From: an uncultured Bacilli bacterium
GTDB lineage: Bacteria > Bacillota_I > Bacilli_A > RF39 > UBA660
Assembly (NCBI GenBank): GCA_934085825.1
Contig: CAKOHR010000001.1
Coordinates: 64,379-128,378 of the forward strand
Direction of reading: 5' to 3'
DNA: 64,000 nt
Every line of letters begins with the position of its first letter. Within the stretch, counting starts at the first letter, position 1. This document shows, in pieces, positions 18,805 to 31,554 of the stretch. The notes under the pieces were generated by a model. The model had not been told where the DNA came from. It worked only from the letters and a program-made list of their open reading frames with translations, and did no database searches. Both the position numbers and the translations under genes were made by a program.

Positions 18805-18916
18805 TAGGGTGGCGACCATCCGAAGTTGGTCTGCTTAAGAAACCTAAGGTTTCTGTGAAACAGAAAAGTGTTACCGTGAGGTAACACAGATACTTGAATT
18901 TCGTTAGAAATTTAAG
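18805..18916 (+). ncRNA. omega-RNA (reRNA) scaffold, 3' part, derived from the IS right end (probably begins inside the tnpB 3' end)
   Basis: The block lies immediately after the tnpB stop and ends at the element boundary. It contains the perfect hairpin gtgttacc gtga ggtaacac. A second stem shows compensatory substitutions relative to the copy at 34425-34536. Confidence 0.55.
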
Positions 18917-18970
18917 TTATGTTCTTTATAGTTGGAAGATATAGTATAATTTAAAGTAGAATGAAATGGG

Positions 18971-19909
18971 ATGATTAAATTGGCTAAGAAAAAACAAGTA
19001 GTTATTTCAGAGGAAGAATTAGTTCCTACAACTTTAGCTGTTGTAGAAGATAAAAAAAAGGCAAGTGTTTTTGGTGTAGTTTGGATATTTGTGATATTTA
19101 TTATATTTATTGCAGGTGTTATATTCTTACCAGATATTTCTGCTTTTATAAATAGTTATTTAAATCCTGATATAGTGGAACCAAGTACTTCAAATAACAC
19201 TACAAAAAAGGATGATGATACTAAAAATGAAGATAAAGTTAAGGAATATACTATTTCAGATGATTTAGTGATAAGTGAAGAAAGTTTTAAGATTAGTAAT
19301 TTTAGTATAGATAGTAATGGATTGATTAAATTTAAAATTACTAATTTAACTGCAGAAGTCTTAGAGTTAAAAGATTTACATTATTTTCTTAATCTTTATA
19401 ATGATAATAAGAAATTATTGCAAAGAATATATTTACAAGATATAGTTAATCCAAATTCTTCATTAGATGTAACATATGATCTTACTGATACTAATTCTAC
19501 GATAGTTTCATTGGTTAAAATTTCTGAAGCAGAGTATCCTTCTCATGTGGTAACTGTACCAGAAGAAGGTGTAGCGATGCTTACTTGTACAAAGGGTTAT
19601 GAAAAAATAGATTATGTATTAAATAGTAATAAAGCATATGTTACTAATTTAACTTATGAAGTTAATAGTGCTGATCCAAATTTTAATAGTTTGTATAGTA
19701 ATTATCAATTGTTACAAACAACTTATAACAATATTGAGGGAGTATCTTCTAATATAATACTTGAGAATGGATTATTAAGTTTTAGAACAATAATTAATTT
19801 ATCATCTGTAAAAAGTGAATCATTAAATTTAAAAACTTTATATCCATATGGAACTGATGCTAAAATTATTTATTTTGAAATGACAGCTAGTGGTTATACA
19901 TGTAATTAG
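18971..19909 (+). CDS. hypothetical membrane-anchored protein
   Basis: 312 aa. One N-terminal TM helix, then an extracytoplasmic N/S/T-rich domain. Directly upstream of scpA. Confidence 0.5.
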   Translation: MIKLAKKKQVVISEEELVPTTLAVVEDKKKASVFGVVWIFVIFIIFIAGVIFLPDISAFINSYLNPDIVEPSTSNNTTKKDDDTKNEDKVKEYTISDDLVISEESFKISNFSIDSNGLIKFKITNLTAEVLELKDLHYFLNLYNDNKKLLQRIYLQDIVNPNSSLDVTYDLTDTNSTIVSLVKISEAEYPSHVVTVPEEGVAMLTCTKGYEKIDYVLNSNKAYVTNLTYEVNSADPNFNSLYSNYQLLQTTYNNIEGVSSNIILENGLLSFRTIINLSSVKSESLNLKTLYPYGTDAKIIYFEMTASGYTCN

Positions 19910-19918
19910 GGAGGTTTT

Positions 19919-20641
19919 ATGAAACTTTGTATTAATGACTTTGAAGGCCCACTTGACCTTCTTCTTCATTTAGTTAAAACAGCTAAGATGGATATTTATG
20001 AAATAGATACTAAATATATAATAGATAAATATTTAGAATTTATAAAAAGTATTCCAAGTGATGATTTAGATAATGCTAGTGAATATTTAGTTATGGCTTC
20101 TGAATTAATACATTTAAAAAGTAGATTGTTACTTAATTTAAAAGATGATAATAATAATGATGAAGATGAATATTCAATTAATAGTGAAGAGGATTTAAAA
20201 AATAAATTACTTGAATATGAAAAGTATCAAAATTTGACTAGTGTTTTTAAAGAGTTAGAAGAAAAAAGAAGTGAAATTTATACTAAATTACCAGAAAACT
20301 TAAGTGAATATGTTGATAAAAAAGAAATTCTAGAAGGTAATATGGACGCTGAACTTTTAAAAGATGCATTAGTTGAACTTCAAAAAAGAATGAATTATCA
20401 AAAGCCAGTTAATACTAAGATTACTAGAAAAGAAATAAGTGTTGAAGATAGAAAAGAATATATTAGAAAATATTTAAGTAAAAGAAAAAATGTTAAATTT
20501 ACTGATCTTTTCGAAGAGTATACTAAAGATTTAATTGTGGCAACTTTTTTGTCAATTTTAGATATGTGTAAACAAAAAGAAATAACTTTAAAACAGGATA
20601 GTAATTTTGGAGAAATATATATAGAAAGAGTGAATTTATGA
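19919..20641 (+). CDS. scpA: segregation and condensation protein A
   Basis: N-terminus FEGPLDLLLHLVKTAKMDIYEIDTKYIIDKYLEFI is the kleisin ScpA signature. Confidence 0.85.
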   Translation: MKLCINDFEGPLDLLLHLVKTAKMDIYEIDTKYIIDKYLEFIKSIPSDDLDNASEYLVMASELIHLKSRLLLNLKDDNNNDEDEYSINSEEDLKNKLLEYEKYQNLTSVFKELEEKRSEIYTKLPENLSEYVDKKEILEGNMDAELLKDALVELQKRMNYQKPVNTKITRKEISVEDRKEYIRKYLSKRKNVKFTDLFEEYTKDLIVATFLSILDMCKQKEITLKQDSNFGEIYIERVNL

Positions 20642-21201
20642 ATAAAGAAGCAATTTTAGAAGGTCTTCTTTTTGTAGTTGGGGATGAAGGTATAACTTTA
20701 GATAATATTGCTGAAGTTTTAAATATAAAAAAAAATGAAGCACAAGAATTACTAAAAAAACTGCAAGAAGAATATAGTAAAGAGTCAAGAGGGATTAGAA
20801 TAAGTTATATTGGGGATGCTTTTAAACTAACTACTAAGGGAGAACATAAAGAATATTATCAAAAATTAATTACTACGAAGGGTACAAATACTTTATCAAG
20901 TGCAGCTTTAGAAACTTTAGCTATTATTGCATATAATCAACCTATAACTAGGGCAGAAGTAGATGAACTTAGAGGAATTGCAAGTATTAATATGATAAGA
21001 AAATTAATGGCTAAGGATTTAATTAAAATAAGTGGAAAAAGTAATTTACCTGGTAAACCTAATTTATATCGAACAACAAATGAATTTTTAGATTATTTTG
21101 GTCTAGCAACTATTAGTGATTTACCAGATTTGCCTATTAGTGATTCTAAGGAAGAAACTGAAGAAGAATTGTTTACATCAATTTATAAAGAAGAAAAATA
21201 A
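20638..21201 (+). CDS. scpB: segregation and condensation protein B
   Basis: Overlaps the scpA stop. Has ScpB-like winged-helix repeats (EAILEGLLFVVGDEGITLDNIAEVLNI; AALETLAIIAYNQPITRAEVDELRG). Confidence 0.85.
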   Translation: MNKEAILEGLLFVVGDEGITLDNIAEVLNIKKNEAQELLKKLQEEYSKESRGIRISYIGDAFKLTTKGEHKEYYQKLITTKGTNTLSSAALETLAIIAYNQPITRAEVDELRGIASINMIRKLMAKDLIKISGKSNLPGKPNLYRTTNEFLDYFGLATISDLPDLPISDSKEETEEELFTSIYKEEK

Positions 21202-21237
21202 CATATTTTTATAGATATAGTTCATATTATTAAATAG

Positions 21238-21771
21238 GTGATTTTAATGACTATGAAGAAAATAAAGGTAATAAATGTTATTTTTCTTTTTTTGTTATCT
21301 TTTTTATGGCACTTTATGTATGATTTAATACCTTGTAATTTTATTGCTTTGTTTTTTCCTGTTAATGAAAGTATTTGGGAACATATGAAAATAATTTATT
21401 ATTGTTTGTTACTTTCTTCGGTACTTGAATTTATTTTATGTCATAAATTTAAAATTAAAATATCAAATTTTTATATAAGTACAATGGTTAAATCTTTAAT
21501 GGGGGTAATTTTTTATCTTATAGTTTTTGTACCAATTTATAAATTAATTGGAGAGTCTATGTTTGTATCAATAGGTTTGATGCTTCTTATTTATATTTTA
21601 ATGGAGTTTATTAGTTATAGAATTTTGCAAAGTGAAGAGTTAAATATTAATATATTACCAGTAATAATTATTGGCCTTGGCATAATCTTATTTATTATTC
21701 TTACTTTCTATCCTTTACATAACTTTTTATTTTTTGATAATGTAAAATTTGGTTATGGAATTTTAAAATAA
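21238..21771 (+). CDS. hypothetical polytopic membrane protein
   Basis: 177 aa with about five hydrophobic helices. Confidence 0.45.
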   Translation: MILMTMKKIKVINVIFLFLLSFLWHFMYDLIPCNFIALFFPVNESIWEHMKIIYYCLLLSSVLEFILCHKFKIKISNFYISTMVKSLMGVIFYLIVFVPIYKLIGESMFVSIGLMLLIYILMEFISYRILQSEELNINILPVIIIGLGIILFIILTFYPLHNFLFFDNVKFGYGILK

Positions 21772-21794
21772 CCACATCAATTTAGATGTGGTTA

Positions 21795-22001
21795 TTACTT
21801 TTCAATGGAAACTTTAGAATCATTTTTATCATTTCCTTTTTCTATATTTTCAAGTGCATATTCACATGCTTGAATAACAAATCTAGAAAATGTTATATTA
21901 GTGTTCGATAATTCTTTTTCAATTTTATTAATTAATGGTAGAGGAAATCTTATTGTTTTATTTTCTGTTTCTCTTTTTTCTTCATTTAATCTAAATGCCA
22001 T
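21795..22001 (-). CDS. small hypothetical protein (possible ribbon-helix-helix-type DNA-binding protein)
   Basis: 68 aa from the ATG preceded by a GGAGG RBS. The tracked ORF extends further 5' but lacks an RBS there. Confidence 0.4.
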   Translation of the reverse strand: MAFRLNEEKRETENKTIRFPLPLINKIEKELSNTNITFSRFVIQACEYALENIEKGNDKNDSKVSIEK

Positions 22002-22174
22002 TTTTAGTACCTCCACCAATATCGTAATACAATTTACACTCAAAGTATGCATTGCAAAAAGCCTTGCAAATCATTCCTTTTTGTAGTAAAATTAAAAAAG
22101 TAAGATAGATTATTCGTGGTATGACAAATTTTTTACATGTATTTTGGTAAGATAAATAAAAGGGATGGTAGTGT

Positions 22175-23353
22175 ATGAAAAAACATAAGAAATTATTTGT
22201 AACTTTAGGTGTTATTTTAGCTATAATAATTAGTTTCATATTTGGTTCAAAAAACGATGATGTTTATAAGGAGGATACTAAAACTAAAATTGTAAAAAGA
22301 AAAAATACATTATCAATGATGTTAGAAACTGAAGCTGGTTCAGGAAACTATGAAATGACAACACAAAGTGGGTGGCCAACGGATGGATATACTTTTAATT
22401 CAACATTATCAAAATGTGAAAATGGTGGTGAAGTTTATTGGGACGATTCAAGTAAGAAAGTGTTTATGAGTGCCAATATGTCTGATAAATGCTATGTGTA
22501 TTTTGACAAAACTCCAACTAGTTTAGCAGATTATGTAAAATCATTGTATACAGGAACACAAGGGGAAAATAATATTTATTATCATAATGGTACAATTGTA
22601 AGTAAGAATGAATTTACAGATGATAATAATACAACATATCCTGTTGGTACAATATTGGATGCAAATGATGGAAGTTATAGATATGCTGGAGCAAAGGAGG
22701 CAGTAAATAATTATGTCTGCTTGGACTCAAATGAAAATACATGTTCAAAGGCGAACCTTTTTAGAATAATTGGAGTATTTGATAATAAAGTAAAACTAAT
22801 CAAAGCAAAACCGATAGGTAGTATGGCATGGAACAGCGATGAGCTTAATGGTTGGGAAACGTCAAGCTTATATACATATTTAAATGGTGAATATTTAACA
22901 AGTTTAGGTGATCTAGCGAATAAAATAGATACAGCAACATGGGAAACTATTGGAAATACTGTAGAAAAAATATATGGTGTAGTACCAGCGATAACATATC
23001 AAAATGAAGTAGTAAATTCAGCAATAACAGATTATACATTTAATGCTAAAATTGGTCTAATATATTTATCGGATTTTGGATTTGCGGCAAGTTCAAGTGC
23101 ATGGTCAACAACATTAAATAATTATGAAAATTCGTCAATAACATCAGTAAATTGGATTGGTTCTAAAGAATGGACTATTACCCGTGTAGTAGAGGATGTT
23201 ACTTATGATTCTGCGTTCCTTACAGTTTACGGTGGCTTTGTGGGTGAACCGGTTAATTCTGACAATTATGTAAGTCCTTCTTTCTACCTTTCATCTTCAG
23301 TAACCTATGTATCGGGGAGTGGCAGCGCCAGCGACCCGATGGTAATAAACTGA
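22175..23353 (+). CDS. membrane-anchored secreted protein. Its N-domain is related to the Gly-rich paralogs, and its C-terminal domain is shared with 49832..51778
   Basis: TM anchor. SKCENGG...CYVYFDKTP resembles SYCTNGS...CYLYFKST of 12687/14780. The C-terminal region (NLFRIIGVFDNKVKLIK, KIGLIYLSDFGFAA, EWTITR, SPSFYLSSSVTYVSGSG..DP) is paralogous to the C-terminus of 49832..51778. Confidence 0.7.
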   Translation: MKKHKKLFVTLGVILAIIISFIFGSKNDDVYKEDTKTKIVKRKNTLSMMLETEAGSGNYEMTTQSGWPTDGYTFNSTLSKCENGGEVYWDDSSKKVFMSANMSDKCYVYFDKTPTSLADYVKSLYTGTQGENNIYYHNGTIVSKNEFTDDNNTTYPVGTILDANDGSYRYAGAKEAVNNYVCLDSNENTCSKANLFRIIGVFDNKVKLIKAKPIGSMAWNSDELNGWETSSLYTYLNGEYLTSLGDLANKIDTATWETIGNTVEKIYGVVPAITYQNEVVNSAITDYTFNAKIGLIYLSDFGFAASSSAWSTTLNNYENSSITSVNWIGSKEWTITRVVEDVTYDSAFLTVYGGFVGEPVNSDNYVSPSFYLSSSVTYVSGSGSASDPMVIN

Positions 23354-23535
23354 TCTACGGACAGTTTTAAAAAACATCGGTGAAACCTAACAACAAAGAG
23401 GTAAAAAGTTTGACCAGTACTCGACGATTTACCTTTTTTAAATAATGTTCAGAACAATAAAAAATATGAGTTTGATAATGACTTTTTAATTATTATGTGT
23501 TAAAATAAGTTTAATTTTTAAAGAGGAATTATGAA

Positions 23536-23970
23536 ATGAAAAAATTAATTAAATATTTTGTTTTATTTGTTTTATTATTTATACCTGGTATTGCTTTTGC
23601 TCAAGAATTAGAAATAGTTTCAGTTGATGTATGTAGCAGTGATAGTGGAGTTCTTAAAGTTTTTCAAGTTATTGGATATGTAATTTATATCATTAAAATT
23701 TTAGTGCCAATTATAATTATTTTATTAGGTATGATTGAATTTGGAAAGGCTACGATTACAAAAGATGAAAAAGCAATTTTCTTGGCTGCTAATAGCTTAA
23801 TGAATAAAGTAATTATTGGGGTACTAGTATTTATGGTACCTACATTATTAAATGCTTTACTTAATTTAGTAGATGGAGCACTTGAGACTAAAAATGCGTA
23901 TAAGACATGTACTGTTTGTGCTTTAACACCATTTAGTGATGAATGTAAGCCTAAAGGTTTAATGGATTAA
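23536..23970 (+). CDS. small secreted/membrane protein with a C-terminal Cys cluster
   Basis: Signal peptide (FIPGIAFAQE), two hydrophobic helices, and a CTVCALTPFSDEC tail. Confidence 0.45.
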   Translation: MKKLIKYFVLFVLLFIPGIAFAQELEIVSVDVCSSDSGVLKVFQVIGYVIYIIKILVPIIIILLGMIEFGKATITKDEKAIFLAANSLMNKVIIGVLVFMVPTLLNALLNLVDGALETKNAYKTCTVCALTPFSDECKPKGLMD

Positions 23971-24048
23971 AATGGATTAAATAGTCCATTTTTTCTTTTA
24001 TTATATCTTATTAAATGTTATAATGATTGTATACATGTGGAGGCTTAA

Positions 24049-26132
24049 ATGAATATGTTAGAAGGATTAAATAAAGAACAAAAAGAGGCAGTTTTACATA
24101 CAGACGGGCCTTGCTTGGTGCTTGCTGGTGCAGGTTCAGGAAAAACAAAAGTTTTAACAACTAGAATAGCAAATATGATAAATGATGGTATATATTCAGG
24201 AAATATTTTAGCTATAACATTTACAAATAAAGCTGCTAAAGAAATGCGAGATAGAATAAGTAATATGGTGGAAAATAATTATGCTTTTGTTGGAACATTT
24301 CATTCTTTTGGACTTAGGGTTATTAGAGAAAATACAGAAAAATTAGGCTTAACAAGTAATTTTACTATAATTGATAGTGATGATGTTTCAAGTGTCATAA
24401 AAAAAATAATGAAAGAACTTGATATAAGTACTAAAGAATATAGTGTAAGTTATATAAGAAATAAAATTAGTTTTATTAAAAATGAAATGCTTAGTGATAG
24501 TGAAGTTGATAAATATTTAAATAGTCCACCAGAAAAAGTAGCAATTAGGGTATATCATGAATATGAAAAAGTATTAAAGAGAAATAATGCTGTAGATTTT
24601 GATGATTTATTAAAAAGACCTGTTGAATTATTTATGCAAAATGATGATATATTAGATAAATATCAAGAAAAATATAGATATATTTTAATAGATGAATATC
24701 AAGATACAAATGAGGTACAATATAAGTTAGTTAAGTTACTTGCTAGTAAATATCGTAATTTATTTGTAGTGGGTGATGTTAATCAAAGTATATATGGATT
24801 TAGATGGTCAAATTATAAAAATATACTTAATTTTGAAAAGGATTATCCTGATAGTAAAAGTATTACTTTAAATCAAAATTATCGAAGTACAAATAATATT
24901 TTGAATGCTGCCAATAGTGTTATAAAAAATAATGTTGAAAGAAAAGAAGTAAATTTATATAGTACTTTTGGTGATGGTGTTAAAATTAAATATTTTAGAG
25001 GTAATGATGAGAAAGATGAAGTAAAACTTGTCATTGATGAAATGAAGAAATTACTTAATGAAGGATATGATTATAATGACTTTGCCATACTTTATAGAAC
25101 TAATGCTCAATCAAGAAATGTTGAAGATGCTATATTAAAAGTTAATTGGCCTTATAGAGTTGTTGGTAGTTATTATTTCTACAAAAGAAAAGAAATTAAA
25201 GATTTACTTTGTTATTTAAGACTTATTTCTAATCATCAAGATGATGTTTCTTTAGAAAGAGTTATAAATGTACCTAAAAGAGGCATTGGGGATACATCAA
25301 TTAATAATTTGAGAAGTATAGCACGTGAAAATAATGAATGTATGTTTAAGTGTTTATCTAAGCCTAAGGAAGTTGAATTTAAAAAATTGATTTTAGAGCT
25401 TACCGAAGATGCTAAAGATTTAGATTTAACTGAATTAATTGATGTGGTGCTTGAAAAATCTGGATTAAAAGATGAACTTGAAAAGGAACATACTTTGGAA
25501 GCTGATATTAGACTTGAAAACTTAATGGAATTTAAAAGTATTACAGAAAACTATCAAAAAGAAACTGGTACAGTAAATCTTGAAGACTTTCTTGAAGATA
25601 TTAGTATTGTAGCTGATCAATCAGAACATGAAACTTTAGATAATGCCGTTACACTTATGACAATGCATGCTGCTAAAGGACTTGAATTTAAAGTGGTATT
25701 CTTAATTGGTATGGAAGAAGGTATAATGCCACATTCAATGAGTTTAAATGAAGATGGTGAACTTGAAGAAGAAAGAAGACTTTGTTATGTTGGTATAACT
25801 AGAGCTAAAGAAAGACTTTATATTACCAATGCTAAAAGAAGAATGCTATTTGGTAATACCAATATGAACCCGCCATCAAGATTTATCGCGGAAATAGATA
25901 ATAATTTAATAGAAAAAGAAGAAAGTAAAACAGAAAATAAAGCATTTAATAAAACAAACTTTTATGAGGGAGATAGAATTGATTACAAACATGGAGAAAT
26001 TGTTATGCATGCATCATTTGGCAAAGGTGTTGTTATAGATAATGATGAAAGATTTGTAACAGTTGCCTTTGATAAAAGGTTTGGTATAAAGAAATTTTTA
26101 AATAATTATCAAGGTTTAAGGAGGATTGGAAA

Positions 26133-26136
<4 letters not shown>
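24049..26136 (+). CDS. pcrA: ATP-dependent DNA helicase PcrA (UvrD family)
   Basis: GAGSGKT Walker A, DEYQDTN, TMHAAKGLEF and VGITRAKE helicase motifs. Followed by ligA, as in Firmicutes. Confidence 0.9.
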
Positions 26137-29016
<2,880 letters not shown>

Positions 29017-29053
29017 ATAGATAGTATAATTATATTACTTGAAGAGGTGAAAA

Positions 29054-29542
29054 ATGAAAAAATTGAAAGAATTATGGGGGAAAAATAAAGTACTTATAGT
29101 ACTTGGAATAATATTGGTTATTTGTTTAGTAGCTATTATTATTGTAACTTTTTCTTTCTTTTTAGGAGGAAATAAAGGTGTTTATGGTGATCGTCTTAAA
29201 GACATTGATAAACATCCCGTTACAGAAACTTTAAAAAGTGAATATGTAACAGCTTTGGAAGCTGAAAATAGTGTTACAAGTGTAAGTATGGATATTAAAG
29301 GTAAAATAATTTATATAATTATTAATTTTGCATCTGATACTGCTTTAAATGATGCTGAAGCTTTAGCAGCATTAAGTTTAGATAAACTAGGTGAAGATAT
29401 TTTATCTTTTTATGATATTAATTTTACATTGAAATGTGAAAAAAGTGAAAATAGTGAAGGATTTACAATTCTTGGAGCTAAAAATGTGGCCGGTTCTGGT
29501 TTAGTTTGGAATAATAATACCCCACTAGAAAGTGAAGAATAA
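29054..29542 (+). CDS. hypothetical membrane-anchored protein
   Basis: 162 aa with an N-terminal TM helix. Confidence 0.45.
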   Translation: MKKLKELWGKNKVLIVLGIILVICLVAIIIVTFSFFLGGNKGVYGDRLKDIDKHPVTETLKSEYVTALEAENSVTSVSMDIKGKIIYIIINFASDTALNDAEALAALSLDKLGEDILSFYDINFTLKCEKSENSEGFTILGAKNVAGSGLVWNNNTPLESEE

Positions 29543-31554
29543 TGAAAAAGAAAAGAAGTATAATTATCGTAATTGTTAGTATTTTAGTAGTTGTTGGAGT
29601 AGCAATTCTTTTATACAACTTGTTAAATGATAAAAATAAATTAACTGTTGCAGAACGAAATTGGGTTAATGAAAGTATAGGTACTATTCAAAATATTAAT
29701 ATTGTTAATAATGTTAATGTCTTTGGAAAAGATGGAAGTGGACTATTTTATGATTTTTTGGATGACTTTGAAAAAGAATATGAATTAACTATAAATCCAA
29801 TTACTTTTAATACTGGTAATGTTCCAAGTGGAATTACTTTTAATGAAAAAACAAGTGTGGATGATAATGATATTATTTTTTATAGTGATCATTATGTTTT
29901 AGTGAGTAAAACAGATGATATTATATCAAGTGAAGAAAATTTAAATGGTAAAACAATTGGAATTTTGACTTCCGATCTTAGTTATGTTTCAAAATACATT
30001 AAGAAAGCTACGAATGTAACATTTAAACAATTTGATACTAGAGATGAACTTCTTAAAGATATGGAAGGTTCAGAAAATTATATGCTTGTTTCTTTAATGG
30101 ATTATTTAGATGTAATACTTAGTAAGGATTATAAAGTTGTATACCATTTTAGTGATATAAAGAAATATTTTACATTGAGTACTACAGATGATATCTTATC
30201 AAGTGTATTAATTAAGCATTATAATAAATGGATAAGCAAATTTGATGATATATATAATCAAAATTTATTTAAAACATTTACTCAAAATATGCAAATTAGT
30301 GATACAGAGGTTGATAGCATGCAAAGTGTTATCTATAATTACGGCTTTGTAAATGCATCTCCTTATGAAGTTATTACTGGTGGTAAGTATGGTGGTATAG
30401 TAGCGGTTTATTTAAGTAAATTTAGTAAATTTGCTGATGTTGAATTTAATTTTAATAAATATAAGAATTTTTATAAGTTTGATAAAGCTAAGAAGAATAA
30501 TGAAATAGATTTATATTTTAATTATTATAATTTTGCTGATGATTTTTATCAAACTAGTGGTCTTAATATTGAATATGTAATAGCTTTGCCAAAAAGTGAT
30601 AATACTGTTATTAAATCTATTAATTCCCTGATTGGAAAGACTGTATATGTTCAAGAGAATAGTAAGTTATATGATTATGTAAATGCAATTGAGGGTATTA
30701 ATGTTAAAACATTTAGTACTACTAAAGAATTATTTAAATTAAATAAAAAAGATGTTAATATAATAATTGATAAAAATACTTTTGATTATTATAGTGATAA
30801 TAAATTAAATAATTATAATGTAAGATATACGGATTATATTTTAAATAATTATACATTTAAAGTTAGAACAAATAGTGCATTATATAAATTATTAAATAAA
30901 TATATTAATATATCTGATGATAATGAAATGGTTATTGAAGGACTTTTAAATCATCAAGAAACGGTTAAAAGCGGTGGTATGATAACCAAAATTGCGGAAT
31001 ATATTCTTTATGTTGTTATAATAGTTACAATTATTATTCTTGTAGTGTTTAAGAAAAGTAAAAAAATAACTATTGCTAGAAAAATTAAAAAAGATGATAA
31101 AATGAAATTTATTGATCAATTAACTAGTTTAAAAAATAGAAATTTCTTAAATGAAAATATTGAAACTTGGAATAATAATACTATATATCCTCAGACAATT
31201 ATGGTAGTGGATTTAAATAAGATACAAGAAATAAATGATTTGTATGGCTATAATGAAGGCGATAGACAAATTAAATCTTTAGCTAATGTTTTAATTAAAA
31301 CTCAACTTGACAATAGTGAAGTTATGCGTACTGATGGCAATGAATTTGTTATTTATTTTGTTGGATATAGTCAAAAACAAATTAGTAATTATATATTTAA
31401 ATTAAATAGAGAAATAAAAAAACTACCTTATGATTTTGGAGCAGAAATTGGTTATAGTATGATTCTTGATGATATTAAAACTATTGAAGATGCCTTAAAT
31501 GAAGCTGTAGAAGATATGAAAAAAAATAAGGATAGTAACAATGAAGAAGCTTAA
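29542..31554 (+). CDS. membrane protein with extracytoplasmic sensor region and a degenerate C-terminal GGDEF domain
   Basis: N-terminal TM, a ~450-aa periplasmic-like region, a second TM, then a GGDEF-fold region (LTSLKNRNF, VVDLNKIQEINDLYGYNEGD) in which the signature reads RTDGNEF instead of RxGGDEF. Confidence 0.6.
   Translation: MKKKRSIIIVIVSILVVVGVAILLYNLLNDKNKLTVAERNWVNESIGTIQNINIVNNVNVFGKDGSGLFYDFLDDFEKEYELTINPITFNTGNVPSGITFNEKTSVDDNDIIFYSDHYVLVSKTDDIISSEENLNGKTIGILTSDLSYVSKYIKKATNVTFKQFDTRDELLKDMEGSENYMLVSLMDYLDVILSKDYKVVYHFSDIKKYFTLSTTDDILSSVLIKHYNKWISKFDDIYNQNLFKTFTQNMQISDTEVDSMQSVIYNYGFVNASPYEVITGGKYGGIVAVYLSKFSKFADVEFNFNKYKNFYKFDKAKKNNEIDLYFNYYNFADDFYQTSGLNIEYVIALPKSDNTVIKSINSLIGKTVYVQENSKLYDYVNAIEGINVKTFSTTKELFKLNKKDVNIIIDKNTFDYYSDNKLNNYNVRYTDYILNNYTFKVRTNSALYKLLNKYINISDDNEMVIEGLLNHQETVKSGGMITKIAEYILYVVIIVTIIILVVFKKSKKITIARKIKKDDKMKFIDQLTSLKNRNFLNENIETWNNNTIYPQTIMVVDLNKIQEINDLYGYNEGDRQIKSLANVLIKTQLDNSEVMRTDGNEFVIYFVGYSQKQISNYIFKLNREIKKLPYDFGAEIGYSMILDDIKTIEDALNEAVEDMKKNKDSNNEEA

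Larger units (their letters stand above)
17574..18916 (+). mobile_element. IS200/IS605-family TnpB-only element (IS1341-like), intact copy
   Basis: The left end (aaatcttgatatatggccgaacatatg) and right-end block (gggtggcga...ttagaaatttaag) are shared with a second, decayed copy at 33548-34536. Encodes TnpB but no TnpA. Confidence 0.7.
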
